64,000 nucleotides of DNA. It comes from Eledone cirrhosa. Taxonomy: Eukaryota. The notes under the pieces were generated by a model, which worked only from the letters and a program-made list of their open reading frames with translations, did not search any database and was not told the origin of the DNA. Where the stretch lies: positions 40,114,001 to 40,178,000 of the forward strand of contig OZ024752.1 of NCBI GenBank assembly GCA_964016885.1. Reading direction: 5' to 3'. This document shows, piece after piece, positions 39,672 to 53,300 of the stretch. A program made the position numbers and the translations under genes. Within the stretch, counting starts at the first letter, position 1. Each line of letters begins with the position of its first letter.

Positions 39672-40522
39672 ATACATGAATTGATGTATGACATACCTCA
39701 ACTGTCTTGATAGTTCAATTCCAGTATTAGCTGCCAATACTGGAATTGAACCATCAAGACATTAGGGCCGAACTCGCACTGTCATCGCCTCCATCTCTCT
39801 TGCCCTCTCCATCTCTCTCTATGGTAAGCAAATGGGGTCCCATGTGCTGGCCTCCCCGGCGGACAGAATGGGGAAGGCGTTTCCCTGGAGGATGGTAAGC
39901 TTGTAGCTTAGTTGACAAGGCTATTTGGCTATTTGAGAGTTAAATCTTAGCTATGGATGCAACACAATATCAATGACTAGCTATGAGCCAACAACTTCTT
40001 TGCAAAATAATTAGTACACTAATAGTTTAAAACCCAATCTGGAATCTTTATAGTGCGAATATCTTCAAATTGTCTGGAGAAGTCCTTATGGAACATTCCA
40101 AATGATAACAGTAGACAAGAACATCATCATATTTTCCTTGGGTTAAAAATTATTTGAGAGTTAAATCTTAGCTATGGATGCAACACAATATCAATGACTA
40201 GCTATGAGCCAACAACTTCTTTGCAAAATATTTAGTACACTATCAACTCACACAAAGATAGTGTATTGTAATTTAAACATATTACATTACTTCTAATTTA
40301 TCTTATAATTTCCAACTAACCCTGTTTTAGTATCAACACTAAGGATATATAATTGTTTCTACTTTTGGCACAAGGCCAGCAATTATCCAGTGCATTACTG
40401 GTACTTTATTTTATCGACCCCGTAAGGATGAAAGGATATATAATGTCAACTGGTTCTGCTTGTTGTATGACATATCAATCCTGAACAACGTGCAGTACTG
40501 TAGTAATAGAAGTAGTAGTAGC

Positions 40523-40576
<54 letters not shown>

Positions 40577-40863
40577 TGTCTTGTCATGTGACATATACAC
40601 AATGGTTAGAGAGACAGATCAAAATTGATGAGCCACACTAAGGTGTCATTCGTAATATTATGGACTGCCTTCTAGGGCGGTGGATTGGCAGTATCGGTAG
40701 AGGGTCGGACGCCATGCTTTGCAACATAGAGTTACGGCCCTTTGTGATCTGAGTTCAAATCCCTGCCGAGGTTAACTTTGCCTTTCATCCTTACGGGGTC
40801 GATAAAATAAAGTACCAGTAATGCACTGGTATAATTGCTGGCCTTGTGTCAAATGAAGAAACA

Positions 40864-40952
40864 ATTATTATTATTATTAGTAGTAGTAGTAGTAGTAGTA
40901 GCAGCAGCAGCAGCAGCAGCAGAAGCAGTGGTAGCAGTAGTGGTGGTAGTGT

Positions 40953-40988
<36 letters not shown>

Positions 40989-41030
40989 CAGCAGCAGCAG
41001 AAGCAGTGGTAGCAGTAGTGGTGGTGGTGT

Positions 41031-41092
<62 letters not shown>

Positions 41093-41117
41093 GTGGTAGC
41101 AGTAGTGGTGGTGGTGT

Positions 41118-41149
<32 letters not shown>

Positions 41150-41195
41150 ACAGCACCACCAGCAACAGTAGCCGCAGTAATAGCAGCGACGACAA
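40864..41195. repeat. Complex (AGT/AGC) microsatellite with three higher-order blocks
   Basis: (AGT)n(AGC)n AGAAGCAGTGGTAGC block occurs three times. Confidence 0.9.
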
Positions 41196-41210
41196 TAACT
41201 TATGTCTTAC

Positions 41211-41372
41211 CTTCAAGTAAATTAAAGCATTTAAATCCCACCAACAGTTTCCAACCTGCCAGACGTAGATGAAGAGAAGTAGAAGTAGGACTAATATGGG
41301 ATAAATCAGGTTGATAAAATCCACCCACCAATATCTGTAATATCTGTCATCTGCAAAGGGTCTCCAGCCAAC
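41211..41372 (-). CDS. GRL-like gene exon 4 (VGWRPF...TM1...LIYLK)
   Basis: TTTCAG| acceptor, AAG|GTAAGA donor, 162 nt, hydrophobic helix. Confidence 0.9.
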
Positions 41373-41390
41373 CTGAAACATATATAAAAT

Positions 41391-41394
<4 letters not shown>

Positions 41395-41422
<28 letters not shown>

Positions 41423-42133
41423 TTCACGTCCACTTTTCCCTGCTTGCAAGGGTGGGACGGGAACTGATTCTGGCTTGATTTCTACAGCTGAGTGCCCTTC
41501 CTAACACCAACCTCATTTACAGTGAGTGCTGGGTGCTTTTTTTTTCCGTGGCACCTCCACGACCACTTTGCAGTGGAATGATATAGACCCCAGTCCCTAT
41601 CATCTCATTTCTACAGCTGGATGCCCTTCCTAACACCAACCTCATTTACAGTGAGTGCTGGGTGCTTTTTTTTCCGTGGCACCTCCACGACCACTTTGCA
41701 GTGGAATGATATAGACCCCAGTCCCTATCATCTCATTTCTACAGCTGGATGCCCTTCCTAACACCAACCTCATTTACAGTGAGTGCTGGGTGCTTTTTTT
41801 TTCCGTGGCACCTCCACGACCACTTTGCAGTGGAATGATATGGACCCCAGTCCCTATCATCTCATTTCTACAGCTGGATTCCCTTCCTAACATCAACCTC
41901 ATTTACAGTGAGTGCTGGGTGCTTTTTTTTGCCGTGGCACCTCCACGACCACTTTGCAGTGGAATGATATGGACCCCAGTCCCTATCATCTCATTTCTAC
42001 AGCTGAGTAAACTGGAGCAATGTGAAATAAAGTGTCTTGCTCAAGGAAACAACACATCACCTGGCCTGAGAATTGAACTCACAACCTTTCGATTGCAAGT
42101 CCAGTGCTCTAACCACTAAGCCATGTGCCTCCA
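41395..42133 (-). mobile_element. CORE-type SINE with an internal 129-bp segment amplified 4x
   Basis: Repeat junctions fall at the shared TTTCTACAGCTG motif. Confidence 0.85.
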
Positions 42134-42546
42134 TTATAAACAAAATATAAACAAATTAAATCAAAAATCAAGTTTTGAGACGCGAGTGTATTAGAATTCT
42201 CAGAAAAATGGAAAAACTTGGCGTATGGAAGCTGTTAGAACAGAAAAATACCATTGAAGCAGCGTTCAGAGAAAACATTACCTCAAACGACAGAGATCAG
42301 CGGCTCAATGTGAGTTGACTCGAAGGAAAGAAGAGAAGATAGGAAGGGGGAAATAGAATGAATGAATGAGAACAGGTCACAAACATTAAAATATACTCTT
42401 CAGAGCATGTAAAATATAAGTTCAGTCTTAATGTCCTGTACCACATGTAACTGCATTAGAAAGATTTATGTTCATAAGATAAAGGGATAAAGATCCCACA
42501 ACTCCTTGTGGAGTTGTAGAGGCACTGTCATATGGTGTGTCTAGGG

Positions 42547-42884
42547 CAGGGGTTCTCAACCTGGTTCATGTGGACCACTAGTGGTCCACAGGAAAATTCA
42601 GGTGGTCCACAGAAAATTTTCAATAGCAAATTCTTTTTTGATCCATGCATTTGAATTAAAGCGCTGTTCTTATTCTTCGCATAAGTACGACTTCAGCTGT
42701 TTAATTGCGTAGATTTTTAGGCACTGCGACATGATAATAGCATTTTCTAATTCATTGAAAAAAAACATCTACTGATGCTTATAAGTAGCAGTTCTATTAC
42801 AAAAGATTTAAAAGTTTAGGTGGTCCACAGGAAAAAATTACTTATTTTGGTGGTACACAGCGAAAAAAAGATTGAGAATCCCTG
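42547..42884. mobile_element. hAT-type MITE
   Basis: TIRs CAGGGGTTCTCAA / TTGAGAATCCCTG; 8-bp TSD GTCTAGGG/ATCTAGGG. Confidence 0.75.
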
Positions 42885-43215
42885 ATCTAGGGTACTTTTA
42901 AACTTGGCGGAGCCCAAACCTCTCCAGGTCTCAACACAGCTGATTTTTTTTTCTATAGAGGAGGAATTGACTCCAGTACTGGACTGGTACTTTTTTTTTT
43001 TATCGACCTCAAAGGATAAAAGGCAAAGTTGACTCCGGTGGGATTTGAACTCAGAGCACGCAATGAGGTCGGATGAATACCGTAGAGCACAGGTTCTCAA
43101 CCCATTTAGGCCAAACGCCCCCTTTTGTCCCTCGAAATCACGAAACGCCCCCCCCCCCCCTATTTTTCCATTTTATATCAGTAGATTACTAAAAAATTGA
43201 TTAACAATATTCCAA

Positions 43216-43460
43216 AGATGTGTGTATTATCTGATTATGTGTTGTATGTGGTCTTAGATGTGTGTATTAACTGATTATGTGTTGTATGTGGTCTTAGATG
43301 TGTGTGTTATCTGATTATGTGGTCTTAGATGTGTGTATTATCTGATTATGTGTTGTATGTGGTCTTAGATGTGTGTATTATCTGATTATGTGTTGTATGT
43401 GGTCCTAGATGTGTGTATTATCTGATTATGTGTTGTATGTGGTCCTAGATGTGTGTGCTA
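43216..43460. repeat. 40-bp minisatellite, about 6 copies
   Basis: Unit AGATGTGTGTATTATCTGATTATGTGTTGTATGTGGTCTT. Confidence 0.9.
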
Positions 43461-45439
43461 CTCACTTCTGTTTTTTCTTTTCTTTTCTTATTTCATTTCT
43501 GTTTATCTATGAAGTAACACATATTTCCTTCTGAGAGACAAAATTCTAATATGTCTTTACTGTCAAAGCTATATTTTTGCCAATTTTCTCTCTGAAAGTT
43601 GGTATTTATGTTTAGTTATAACCTATTCTCTTTACCACTCAACTGTCTCACCTGGATATTAGCCAGTTACTCTGATGTAAATTCTCTCTTCATCAATCCT
43701 CTAAATTTATCTGTTGTTTCAACTTCTCTTTCACCTGCTCTACCCACCAGCAACTATTCAAATATCTCTCATTCTACTTTTCTCTCATCAGCCTCACCTC
43801 AATTTTCTCCATTTCTCTAAAGTCACTTCAATCCCCACAACTCCTTTTAACTCTCATTTTTTAAACACTGTTTCTACTTCAGAGGGTGGTCGGAAACATT
43901 TCTGAATATGTGGGGGAAATTTGGTCAATTTAGTTGTAGTCTGACCATTTAAGATAGCTCTTTGCTATCTTAAATGGTCAGAAACCTTTGATATGCGATA
44001 AACATAACATGTACATAAATTATAGCGCATATACAAATAGATGTGTGTTTTGGTAGTTTGGGGGAAAAAATATAATTATGGGAGGGGGGGGGTCATGGTT
44101 CCCCTGGCCCTCCAGTTCCACTGCTCTTGTACTGCTCCTGCTGCAGAGAACAAATAAACAAATAATTTTTCTTATAACATGCTTTGTGGCACATAGTTAC
44201 GACCCTTTACAAATACCGCCAAGGATAGCTTTGCCTTTCATCCATACAGGGTTGATAAAATAATGTACCAGTAATGCATTGGGGGTTGGATTAATTGATT
44301 TCCCTTTCCTTTCAAATTGGTGGGCTTGAGTCAAAAGTAGAAACAAAATAGTTGACAGAAACTCAGTCTGGGAATTGAACTTGAAACCTCATGATTACAA
44401 ATCCAATTCCCTACCCACTAAAAAAAGTCTAAAGTCTGTCTTAAGCCAGAAGGCTCATTTGGCCGGTGCTTATCCCGGTTTCATGGCGTGAAGCGACTGA
44501 GAGTACCAGACTCCCCCCTGGACAGGATGCCAGTCCATCGCAGGGTTAAACCCCCAGCTATTGCTGGTACTTATTTTCAGCTGAGTATACTGGAGCAACG
44601 TGAAATGAAGTGTTTTGCTCAAGAAAACAACACGCAACCCAGGAATCGAACCCATGACATTATGATTGTAAGTCCAACACCCTTACCTCTAGGCTACATG
44701 CCTCCACTTTTAGATCCACTAAGCCAAATGTAATTGATTTAGAAGGAAAAATTATGTCACTCATTGTATTCTTTTGTTATTTTATGTCAACCACTCAGAG
44801 CTTTCATGTCAACCAATCAGAACTTTCTATGATATCCACCATTTTGTTTTTCTTAAGCTCCTTGTTATATATGAATGTGTTGTATCTGAGCAACTCCCAT
44901 AAATAAATATTATGTATGGTTTGCATCTTAGAGAGTGGACTATAAAGTTCACAAATATTGATCTAGAGGAGAGAGAATTACTTAGTGAACTTGTTGTTCA
45001 AATATAATTATGAATGTGCAGCAGTTTGTTGCATGTGTATATGTGTTTTTTGGTATGAGTTCATGTTTGTATGTATTAATCTATGTATGTATGTATGTAT
45101 GTATGTATGTATGTATGTATGTGTATATATGTATATATGTCTGTATGTATGTATGTTCTTTTGGTTTTATTATTTTATAAATTTTCACGAATAGAGAGAG
45201 AGCCAGTTTCTAACATAGAAACAAGACACTTTCATTGGAATTTAGACATCAACTAGGTAAAATATGTATGTATGTGTGTGTGTGAGTGTGGATTTGCTTG
45301 TTTTGAGTTATATGTGTACACATGCATATCTTTCTGTATCTATACATATGTACATACGGTTATTAGATGCTGAATTTCTGAAATGTTTTACATATTTTTA
45401 CAGTTCCATTAATGGATTATACTTGAAACTTCCTAACTA

Positions 45440-45585
45440 CCTCTACTCTTTCTAGTTCTATGAAGCCCAGCTTCTCAAGATTTGTAGTGAGGCGGTTAGT
45501 AACGTATCCAAGAGCCCCAATGATCACGGGTATAAATCTTAAGGTATAGCCAGGGGGGAGAGTCTGAAGATTCCTTATTAGTTTA
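45440..45585 (-). mobile_element. R4/NeSL-type (restriction-like endonuclease) LINE C-terminal fragment
   Basis: LIRNLQT..GYTLRFIPVIIGALGYV..LEKLGF. Confidence 0.55.
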
Positions 45586-45689
45586 TATACATGTCCATAT
45601 CCAAATACACCCTTATTATACTTACATAAACATATCTTATATTTTTTTCATATACACCCCTACTCTAGGTAGGAACTCCATCCTCTTCC

Positions 45690-46260
45690 TCAAATGCAAA
45701 CAATGGGTATGCAAGAGATGTAGTGGGATCTCAGGAAGCTTAGCTAGGAATGTAGGCTTTACAAGTAGCAGCAGCGCTGGGACAGCAAGCAGCAAACAGC
45801 CACAGGAAACAAGCACCACCAAAATCTGGGAGGCCTCTGTAGAAACAGTAGACAGCTTTTGCTACCTAGGTGACCTAATTAACAGTGAAGGTGGGTGTTC
45901 GGAAAGTACAGTAACCAGGGTAAGAACGGGGAGGAAGAAGTTCAGGGAGCTACTGCCACTGCTGGCTTTACCCTCAAAATGAAAGGCAGACTGTATGATG
46001 CGTGTATACGAACAGCAATGTTACATGGTAGTGAGACCTGGGCGTTGTGTGCAGAAGACTTGCGCAGATTGGAAGGAAACGAAGCTTGCATGCTCCGATG
46101 GATGTGTAATATACATGAATGGCAAAGCATAAATGAATTGAGAGAGAGACTGAGTATAAGGGGAATCAAATGCTGTTGCAGGAGAGGGGGTTACATTGGT
46201 ATGGACATGTGGTGCGTATGAAGGATGACAGCTGCATAAAAGGTGCAGAGCACTAGAAGA
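45690..46260 (+). mobile_element. RTE-clade LINE fragment (frameshifted)
   Basis: ETVDSFCYLGD; KGRLYDACIRTAMLHGSETWAL; MLRWMC. Confidence 0.85.
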
Positions 46261-46461
46261 AGAGCACTAGAAGAACTCCATACACACGCACACATGCATT
46301 TCATGACTCATACACTGTTCATTTTCGTGACAATTGTACATTATTCTATGTACTATACATGCACCTTTGATGAGTTGTAGTGCACCTGAGCACTGTACAC
46401 AATAATTTCATTATTATTATTATAAGGAGATAAATATAAAGACTGAAAGAAAGAAATTCAC

Positions 46462-46554
46462 CAGTTTTAGCAGGCGTAAGTAGGGTGTTAAGATTTTCTG
46501 CTTACAGCTCCTGAGGTTTTGTGTTGTAATATTGTAACTACTGTAATCCATTAT
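46462..46554 (-). CDS. GRL-like gene exon 3 (IMDYSSYNITTQNLRSCKQKILTPYLRLLKL)
   Basis: TTCAG| acceptor, CTG|GTGAAT donor, 93 nt, phase 0-0; joins to VGWRPF. Confidence 0.85.
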
Positions 46555-46619
<65 letters not shown>

Positions 46620-47253
46620 TGTTTTCTTTTGAAGAAGGTTGAAATAAAATAACAAAGAAAAATGATAATGATAATAATAATAATAATAATAATGATGAAT
46701 TCATTTATTGGCCACATGGGCTGATATGTAGGGGACAATACAAAGACAGGGACAGTGGGGGGGGGGGATACAATATTGAGTGAAAATGCACAATAACAAA
46801 ACCAATTTAACAATGAAAAAAATATAAAATATAAAAATTATAATAATTATTATTTCTACTTTAGGCACAAGGCCAGCAATTATCCCAGTGCATTACTGGT
46901 ACTTTATTTTATCGACCCCATAAGGATGAAAGGCAAAGTTAACCTCTGCAGTATTTGAACTCAGAACGTAAAGGGCCATAACTCTATGTTGAACATAATG
47001 GTTTCTGATTTAGGCACATGGTCAACAATTTGGAGGGGTTAAGGAAAGTTGATTAAATCGATCCCAATGCATTACTGGTATTTTATTTTATGAACCCCAT
47101 ATGGATGAAAGGCAAAGCTAACCTTGGTGGGATTTGAAATCAGACCATAAAGGGGCGTAACTCTATGCTGCAAAGCATGATGTCCGACTCTCTACTGATA
47201 CTGCTAAGGTTTTTAAATTAATTCTAAAATTTATTAATTTTAATGATACTTAC

Positions 47254-47445
47254 ATCAATTTGTGACATGTTTGTAATTGAAGAATTATGACTGGCACTAA
47301 ACTGAAAGACTTCTCCATTTCTTGAAAATGTTGACATGTCAACTTGACTTGCAGCGTCTGAATGGGTACGCCATGCTTTAGCATACATTACATCATCATT
47401 TCTACTGTACTTTCTCTCCAAATTGTCAACTTCAGTGTCAGCAGC
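47254..47445 (-). CDS. GRL-like gene exon 2 (AADTEVDNLERK...NMSQID)
   Basis: AATAG| acceptor, GAT|GTAAGT donor, 192 nt open, phase 0-0. Confidence 0.75.
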
Positions 47446-47516
47446 CTATTCAGTAAATATAAGGATAAGGATAAAGATCCCATAACTCCTTGTGGGGTCA
47501 TATAAACATTGTCAAA

Positions 47517-48113
47517 TGGCGTGTCTAGGGCACTTTTAAACCTGGCAGAGTCCAAACCCCCCCCCCCCCCTCTCCAGGTCTGATGGCGTGTCTAGGGCAC
47601 TTTTAAACCTGGCAGAGCCCAACTCCCCCTCTCCAGGTCTGATGGCGTGTCTAGGGCACTTTTAAACCTGGCAGAGCCCAACTCCCCCTCTCCAGGTCTG
47701 ATGGCGTGTCTAGGGCACTTTTAAACCTGGCAGAGCCCAACCTCCCCCTCTCCAGGTCTGATGGCGTGTCTAGGGCCACTTTTAAACCTGGCAGAGCCCA
47801 ACGCCCATCTCCAGGTCTGATGGCGTGTCTAGGGCACTTTTAAACCTGGCAGAGCCCAACCCCCCTCTCCAGGTCTGATGGCGTGTCTAGGGCACTTTTA
47901 AACCTGGCAGAGCCTCCCCCCCCTCTCCAGGTCTGATGGCGTGTCTAGGGCACTTTTAAACCTGGCAGAGCCTCCCCCCCCTCTCCAGGTCTGATGGCAT
48001 GTCTAGGGCACTTTTAAACATGGCAGAGCCCAACCCCCCCTCTCCAGGTCTGATGGCGTGTCTAGGGCACTTTTAAACATGGCAGAGCCTAACTCCCCCC
48101 CTCTCCAGGTCTG
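47517..48113. repeat. About 59-bp minisatellite (about 10 copies) from the tail of a SINE-associated element
   Basis: Unit TGATGGCGTGTCTAGGGCACTTTTAAACCTGGCAGAGCCC...CTCCAGGTC; single-copy form near 42480-42935. Confidence 0.85.
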
Positions 48114-48987
48114 AACACAGCTGATTGGTTCTAGAGTGAAAGAATCAACCCTAGTACTGGACTGATACATTTTTATCGACCTCGAAAGGATGAAAGCAAA
48201 GTTCACCTTGGCAGGATTTGAACTCTGAGCACGCAATGAGGTGGGATGAATACCGTAAAGCATTCTATCCGACATCTTAACGACTCTGCCAATTTGCCGC
48301 CTACAATAATCACACACATGTGCAATAATTAAGGACACAGCCATACCCATCACCACCTAACAATATCTTTAATAGTTTGGAATTGAAATAGAAATAGAAG
48401 CGTCACCATACCATTGACTAGATAATTGTTTCTACTATTGACACAAGGCCAGCAATTACCCAGTACATTACTGGTACTTTATTTTATCGACCCCGTAAAG
48501 ATGAAAGGCAAAGTTAACCTCGGTGGGATTTGAACTCAGAATGGCAAGGGCCGTAACTCTATGCATCAAAGCATGGCGTCCGACCCTCTACTGATTCTGC
48601 CAATTCACCACCCTAGATAATAATGGGGCGTATAAATCCACTAAAAAGTTGTCTTTATACACCTAATTATTAGTCAATGTTAAGGTGAAGCTTCTATTTC
48701 TGTTTCAATTCGAAACTTCACTCACTGCATTCCAAACATACATCCTATCTTTAACCCTTTAGAATTTAAACCGGCCATATCTGGCCAGAATTCTCTCACC
48801 TCTTTCTGTTCAAACTGGCTGTAACTGGCTGCTCATACTGACATTAGGGTATTGTTCTCAAAATAAATAACATCAAAATCTCATATATTCAATATCATGT
48901 AAGCTAATTATGTCAGATAAAGTCTTTGCCACAAAAATATAATAGTATATATAGGGTAATATAAATGCTAAAGGGTTAATAGTATTT

Positions 48988-49018
<31 letters not shown>

Positions 49019-49651
49019 GTCTTGGACTTTTAAGTCCTGGTGAAGTCATATGGGTGCCAGAATGACATACAGCATTTTTTTTTTTGTGTGTGTGTGTGTG
49101 TGTAGGGGATTTTAAACCAGGCAGAGCCCACATCCTCTCCAGCTCTAAAAACAACTAATTTCTTCCAGAGAGAGTGATAGAAAGGAAGTGAGAAAGAGAC
49201 ATAGAGAAAGAATCAACCTGAAAACTGGAGTGGGACTTTTGTTATCAACCTTGAAAGGATGAAAGGCAAAGTTGACCTCAGCAGAGTTGACCTCAGAGAG
49301 CAGAGAGTCGGAACAAATACCATAATGCCATAACAACTTGGTCGATTCGTCACCTCAGTATTTTTTGGTTCAAAAACATTAAAAAAAAAACTCTTCCTCA
49401 AACCAAAATGAATTTAATACAAGTGTTGGCTGAAAAGTTCATAAGCTGACTATGAAGGGTTGATACTAGAGCTGTGAAATCTTGCATGCATTAATTTCAA
49501 ATCTTCTTATTAATAACTGCACTGTTCCAGAGACTATGTTGACAAATAAACCCCATTTGGTCATTCCATGAGAGTATCTTGGTCAGCCCTATGAAGGAGT
49601 GATGCTAGGGCTGTGAAATCTTGCATGAATTAACGATGGTGGTGGTGGTGG

Positions 49652-49687
<36 letters not shown>

Positions 49688-50317
49688 GGAGGAGGAGGAG
49701 GAGGAGGAGGAGGAGGAGGGGTGGGGGTAACGATCTGGGTGACTGCAGTTCCAACAACATTGACACTTAGATAACAAGAACAATGAAATAGGATAACAAC
49801 TAGTGTATGAAATGTAAAACTATGATGTCCCCAATATGGGACATAGCTATAAGATGACATCAACAATGAAACATTCTTTTTCACCTACTTTCCCATCTTG
49901 AATAGCCACCAGTTTTAATAACATATGGAGGAACATGGCTTAGTAGTTAGAGCATTGGCCTTGCAATCGAAAGGTTGTGAGTTCAATTCTCAGACCGGGT
50001 GATGTGTTGTTTCCTTGAGCAAGACACTTTATTTCACATTGCTCCAGTTTACTCAGCTGTAGAAATGGGATGATAGGGACTGGGGTCCATATCATTCCAC
50101 TGCAAAGTGGCCGTGGAGGTGCCATGGCAAACAAGCACCCAGCACTCACTGTAAATGAGGTTGGTGTTAGGAAGGGCATCCAGCTGTAGAATTCAAGTCA
50201 GCATCAGTTCCTGTCCCACCCTTGCAAGCAGGGAAAAAGCGGACGTAAAATGAAATGAATGAATGATGCTGACTATGAGACATGAAAGGAGACTCTATCT
50301 AGCTACTATTTCCACCA

Positions 50318-53300
50318 GTTTCAACAACATGGTGGTGATTCAATGCTACTGTTTCAACAACATGGTGGTGATTCAATGCTACTGTTTCAACAACATGGTG
50401 GTGATTCAATGTTACTGTTTCAACAACATGGTGGTGATTCAATGTTACTGTTTCAACAACATGGTGGTGATTCAATGTAGCTACTGTTTCAACAACATGG
50501 TGGTGATTCAATGTTACTGTTTCAACAACATGGTGGTGATTCAATGTTGCTGTTTCAACAACATGGTGGTGATTCAATGCTACTGTTTCAACAACATGGT
50601 GGTGATTCAATGTAGCTACTGTTTCAACAACATGGTGGTGATTCAATGCTACTGTTTCAACAACATGGTGGTGATTCAATGCTACTGTTTCAACAACATG
50701 GTGGTGATTCAATGTTACTGTTTCAACAACATGGTGGTGATTCAATGTAGCTACTGTTTCAACAACATGGTGGTGATTCAATGCTACTGTTTCAACAACA
50801 TGGTGGTGATTCAATGTAGCTACTGTTTCAACAACATGGTGGTGATTCAATGTTACTGTTTCAACAACATGGTGGTGATTCAATGTTACTGTTTCAACAA
50901 CATGGTGGTGATTCAATGTTACTGTTTCAACAACATGGTGGTGATTCAATGTAGCTACTGTTTCAACAACATGGTGGTGATTCAATGTTACTGTTTCAAC
51001 AACATGGTGGTGATTCAATGTAGCTACTGTTTCAACAACATGGTGGTGATTCAATGTTACTGTTTCAACAACATGGTGGTGATTCAATGTTACTGTTTCA
51101 ACAACATGGTGGTGATTCAATGCTACTGTTTCAACAACATGGTGGTGATTCAATGCTACTGTTTCAACAACATGGTGGTGATTCAATGTAGCTACTGTTT
51201 CAACAACATGGTGGTGATTCAATGTTACTGTTTCAACAACATGGTGGTGATTCAATGTAGCTACTGTTTCAACAACATGGTGGTGATTCAATGCTACTGT
51301 TTCAACAACATGGTGGTGATTCAATGCTACTGTTTCAACAACATGGTGGTGATTCAATGTAGCTACTGTTTCAACAACATGGTGGTGATTCAATGTTACT
51401 GTTTCAACAACATGGTGGTGATTCAATGTAGCTACTGTTTCAACAACATGGTGGTGATTCAATGCTACTGTTTCAACAACATGGTGGTGATTCAATGCTA
51501 CTGTTTCAACAACATGGTGGTGATTCAATGTAGCTACTGTTTCAACAACATGGTGGTGATTCAATGTTACTGTTTCAACAACATGGTGGTGATTCAATGT
51601 TACTGTTTCAACAACATGGTGGTGATTCAATGTTACTGTTTCAACAACATGGTGGTGATTCAATGCTACTGTTTCAACAACATGGTGGTGATTCAATGCT
51701 ACTGTTTCAACAACATGGTGGTGATTCAATGTTACTGTTTCAACAACATGGTGGTGATTCAATGTAGCTACTGTTTCAACAACATGGTGGTGATTCAATG
51801 TTACTGTTTCAACAACATGGTGGTGATTCAATGTTACTGTTTCAACAACATGGTGGTGATTCAATGCTACTGTTTCAACAACATGGTGGTGATTCAATGC
51901 TACTGTTTCAACAACATGGTGGTGATTCAATGTAGCTACTGTTTCAACAACATGGTGGTGATTCAATGTTACTGTTTCAACAACATGGTGGTGATTCAAT
52001 GTAGCTACTGTTTCAACAACATGGTGGTGATTCAATGCTACTGTTTCAACAACATGGTGGTGATTCAATGCTACTGTTTCAACAACATGGTGGTGATTCA
52101 ATGTAGCTACTGTTTCAACAACATGGTGGTGATTCAATGTTACTGTTTCAACAACATGGTGGTGATTCAATGTTACTGTTTCAACAACATGGTGGTGATT
52201 CAATGTTACTGTTTCAACAACATGGTGGTGATTCAATGCTACTGTTTCAACAACATGGTGGTGATTCAATGTAGCTACTGTTTCAACAACATGGTGGTGA
52301 TTCAATGTAGCTACTGTTTCAACAACATGGTGGTGATTCAATGTTGCTGTTTCAACAACATGGTGGTGATTCAATGCTACTGTTTCAACAACATGGTGGT
52401 GATTCAATGCTACTGTTTCAACAACATGGTGGTGATTCAATGTAGCTACTGTTTCAACAACATGGTGGTGATTCAATGTTACTGTTTCAACAACATGGTG
52501 GTGATTCAATGCTACTGTTTCAACAACATGGTGGTGATTCAATGCTACTGTTTCAACAACATGGTGGTGATTCAATGCTACTGTTTCAACAACATGGTGG
52601 TGATTCAATGCTACTGTTTCAACAACATGGTGGTGATTCAATGTAGCTACTGTTTCAACAACATGGTGGTGATTCAATGTTACTGTTTCAACAACATGGT
52701 GGTGATTCAATGTTACTGTTTCAACAACATGGTGGTGATTCAATGTTACTGTTTCAACAACATGGTGGTGATTCAATGCTACTGTTTCAACAACATGGTG
52801 GTGATTCAATGCTACTGTTTCAACAACATGGTGGTGATTCAATGCTACTGTTTCAACAACATGGTGGTGATTCAATGTAGCTACTGTTTCAACAACATGG
52901 TGGTGATTCAATGTTACTGTTTCAACAACATGGTGGTGATTCAATGTAGCTACTGTTTCAACAACATGGTGGTGATTCAATGCTACTGTTTCAACAACAT
53001 GGTGGTGATTCAATGTAGCTACTGTTTCAACAACATGGTGGTGATTCAATGTTACTGTTTCAACAACATGGTGGTGATTCAATGTTACTGTTTCAACAAC
53101 ATGGTGGTGATTCAATGTAGCTACTGTTTCAACAACATGGTGGTGATTCAATGTAGCTACTGTTTCAACAACATGGTGGTGATTCAATGTAGCTACTGTT
53201 TCAACAACATGGTGGTGATTCAATGTTACTGTTTCAACAACATGGTGGTGATTCAATGTAGCTACTGTTTCAACAACATGGTGGTGATTCAATGTTACTG

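Noticed and set aside
49925-50000. tRNA genes in SINE heads
   Set aside because: A/B boxes only, no full cloverleaf, and continuous with SINE body and tail
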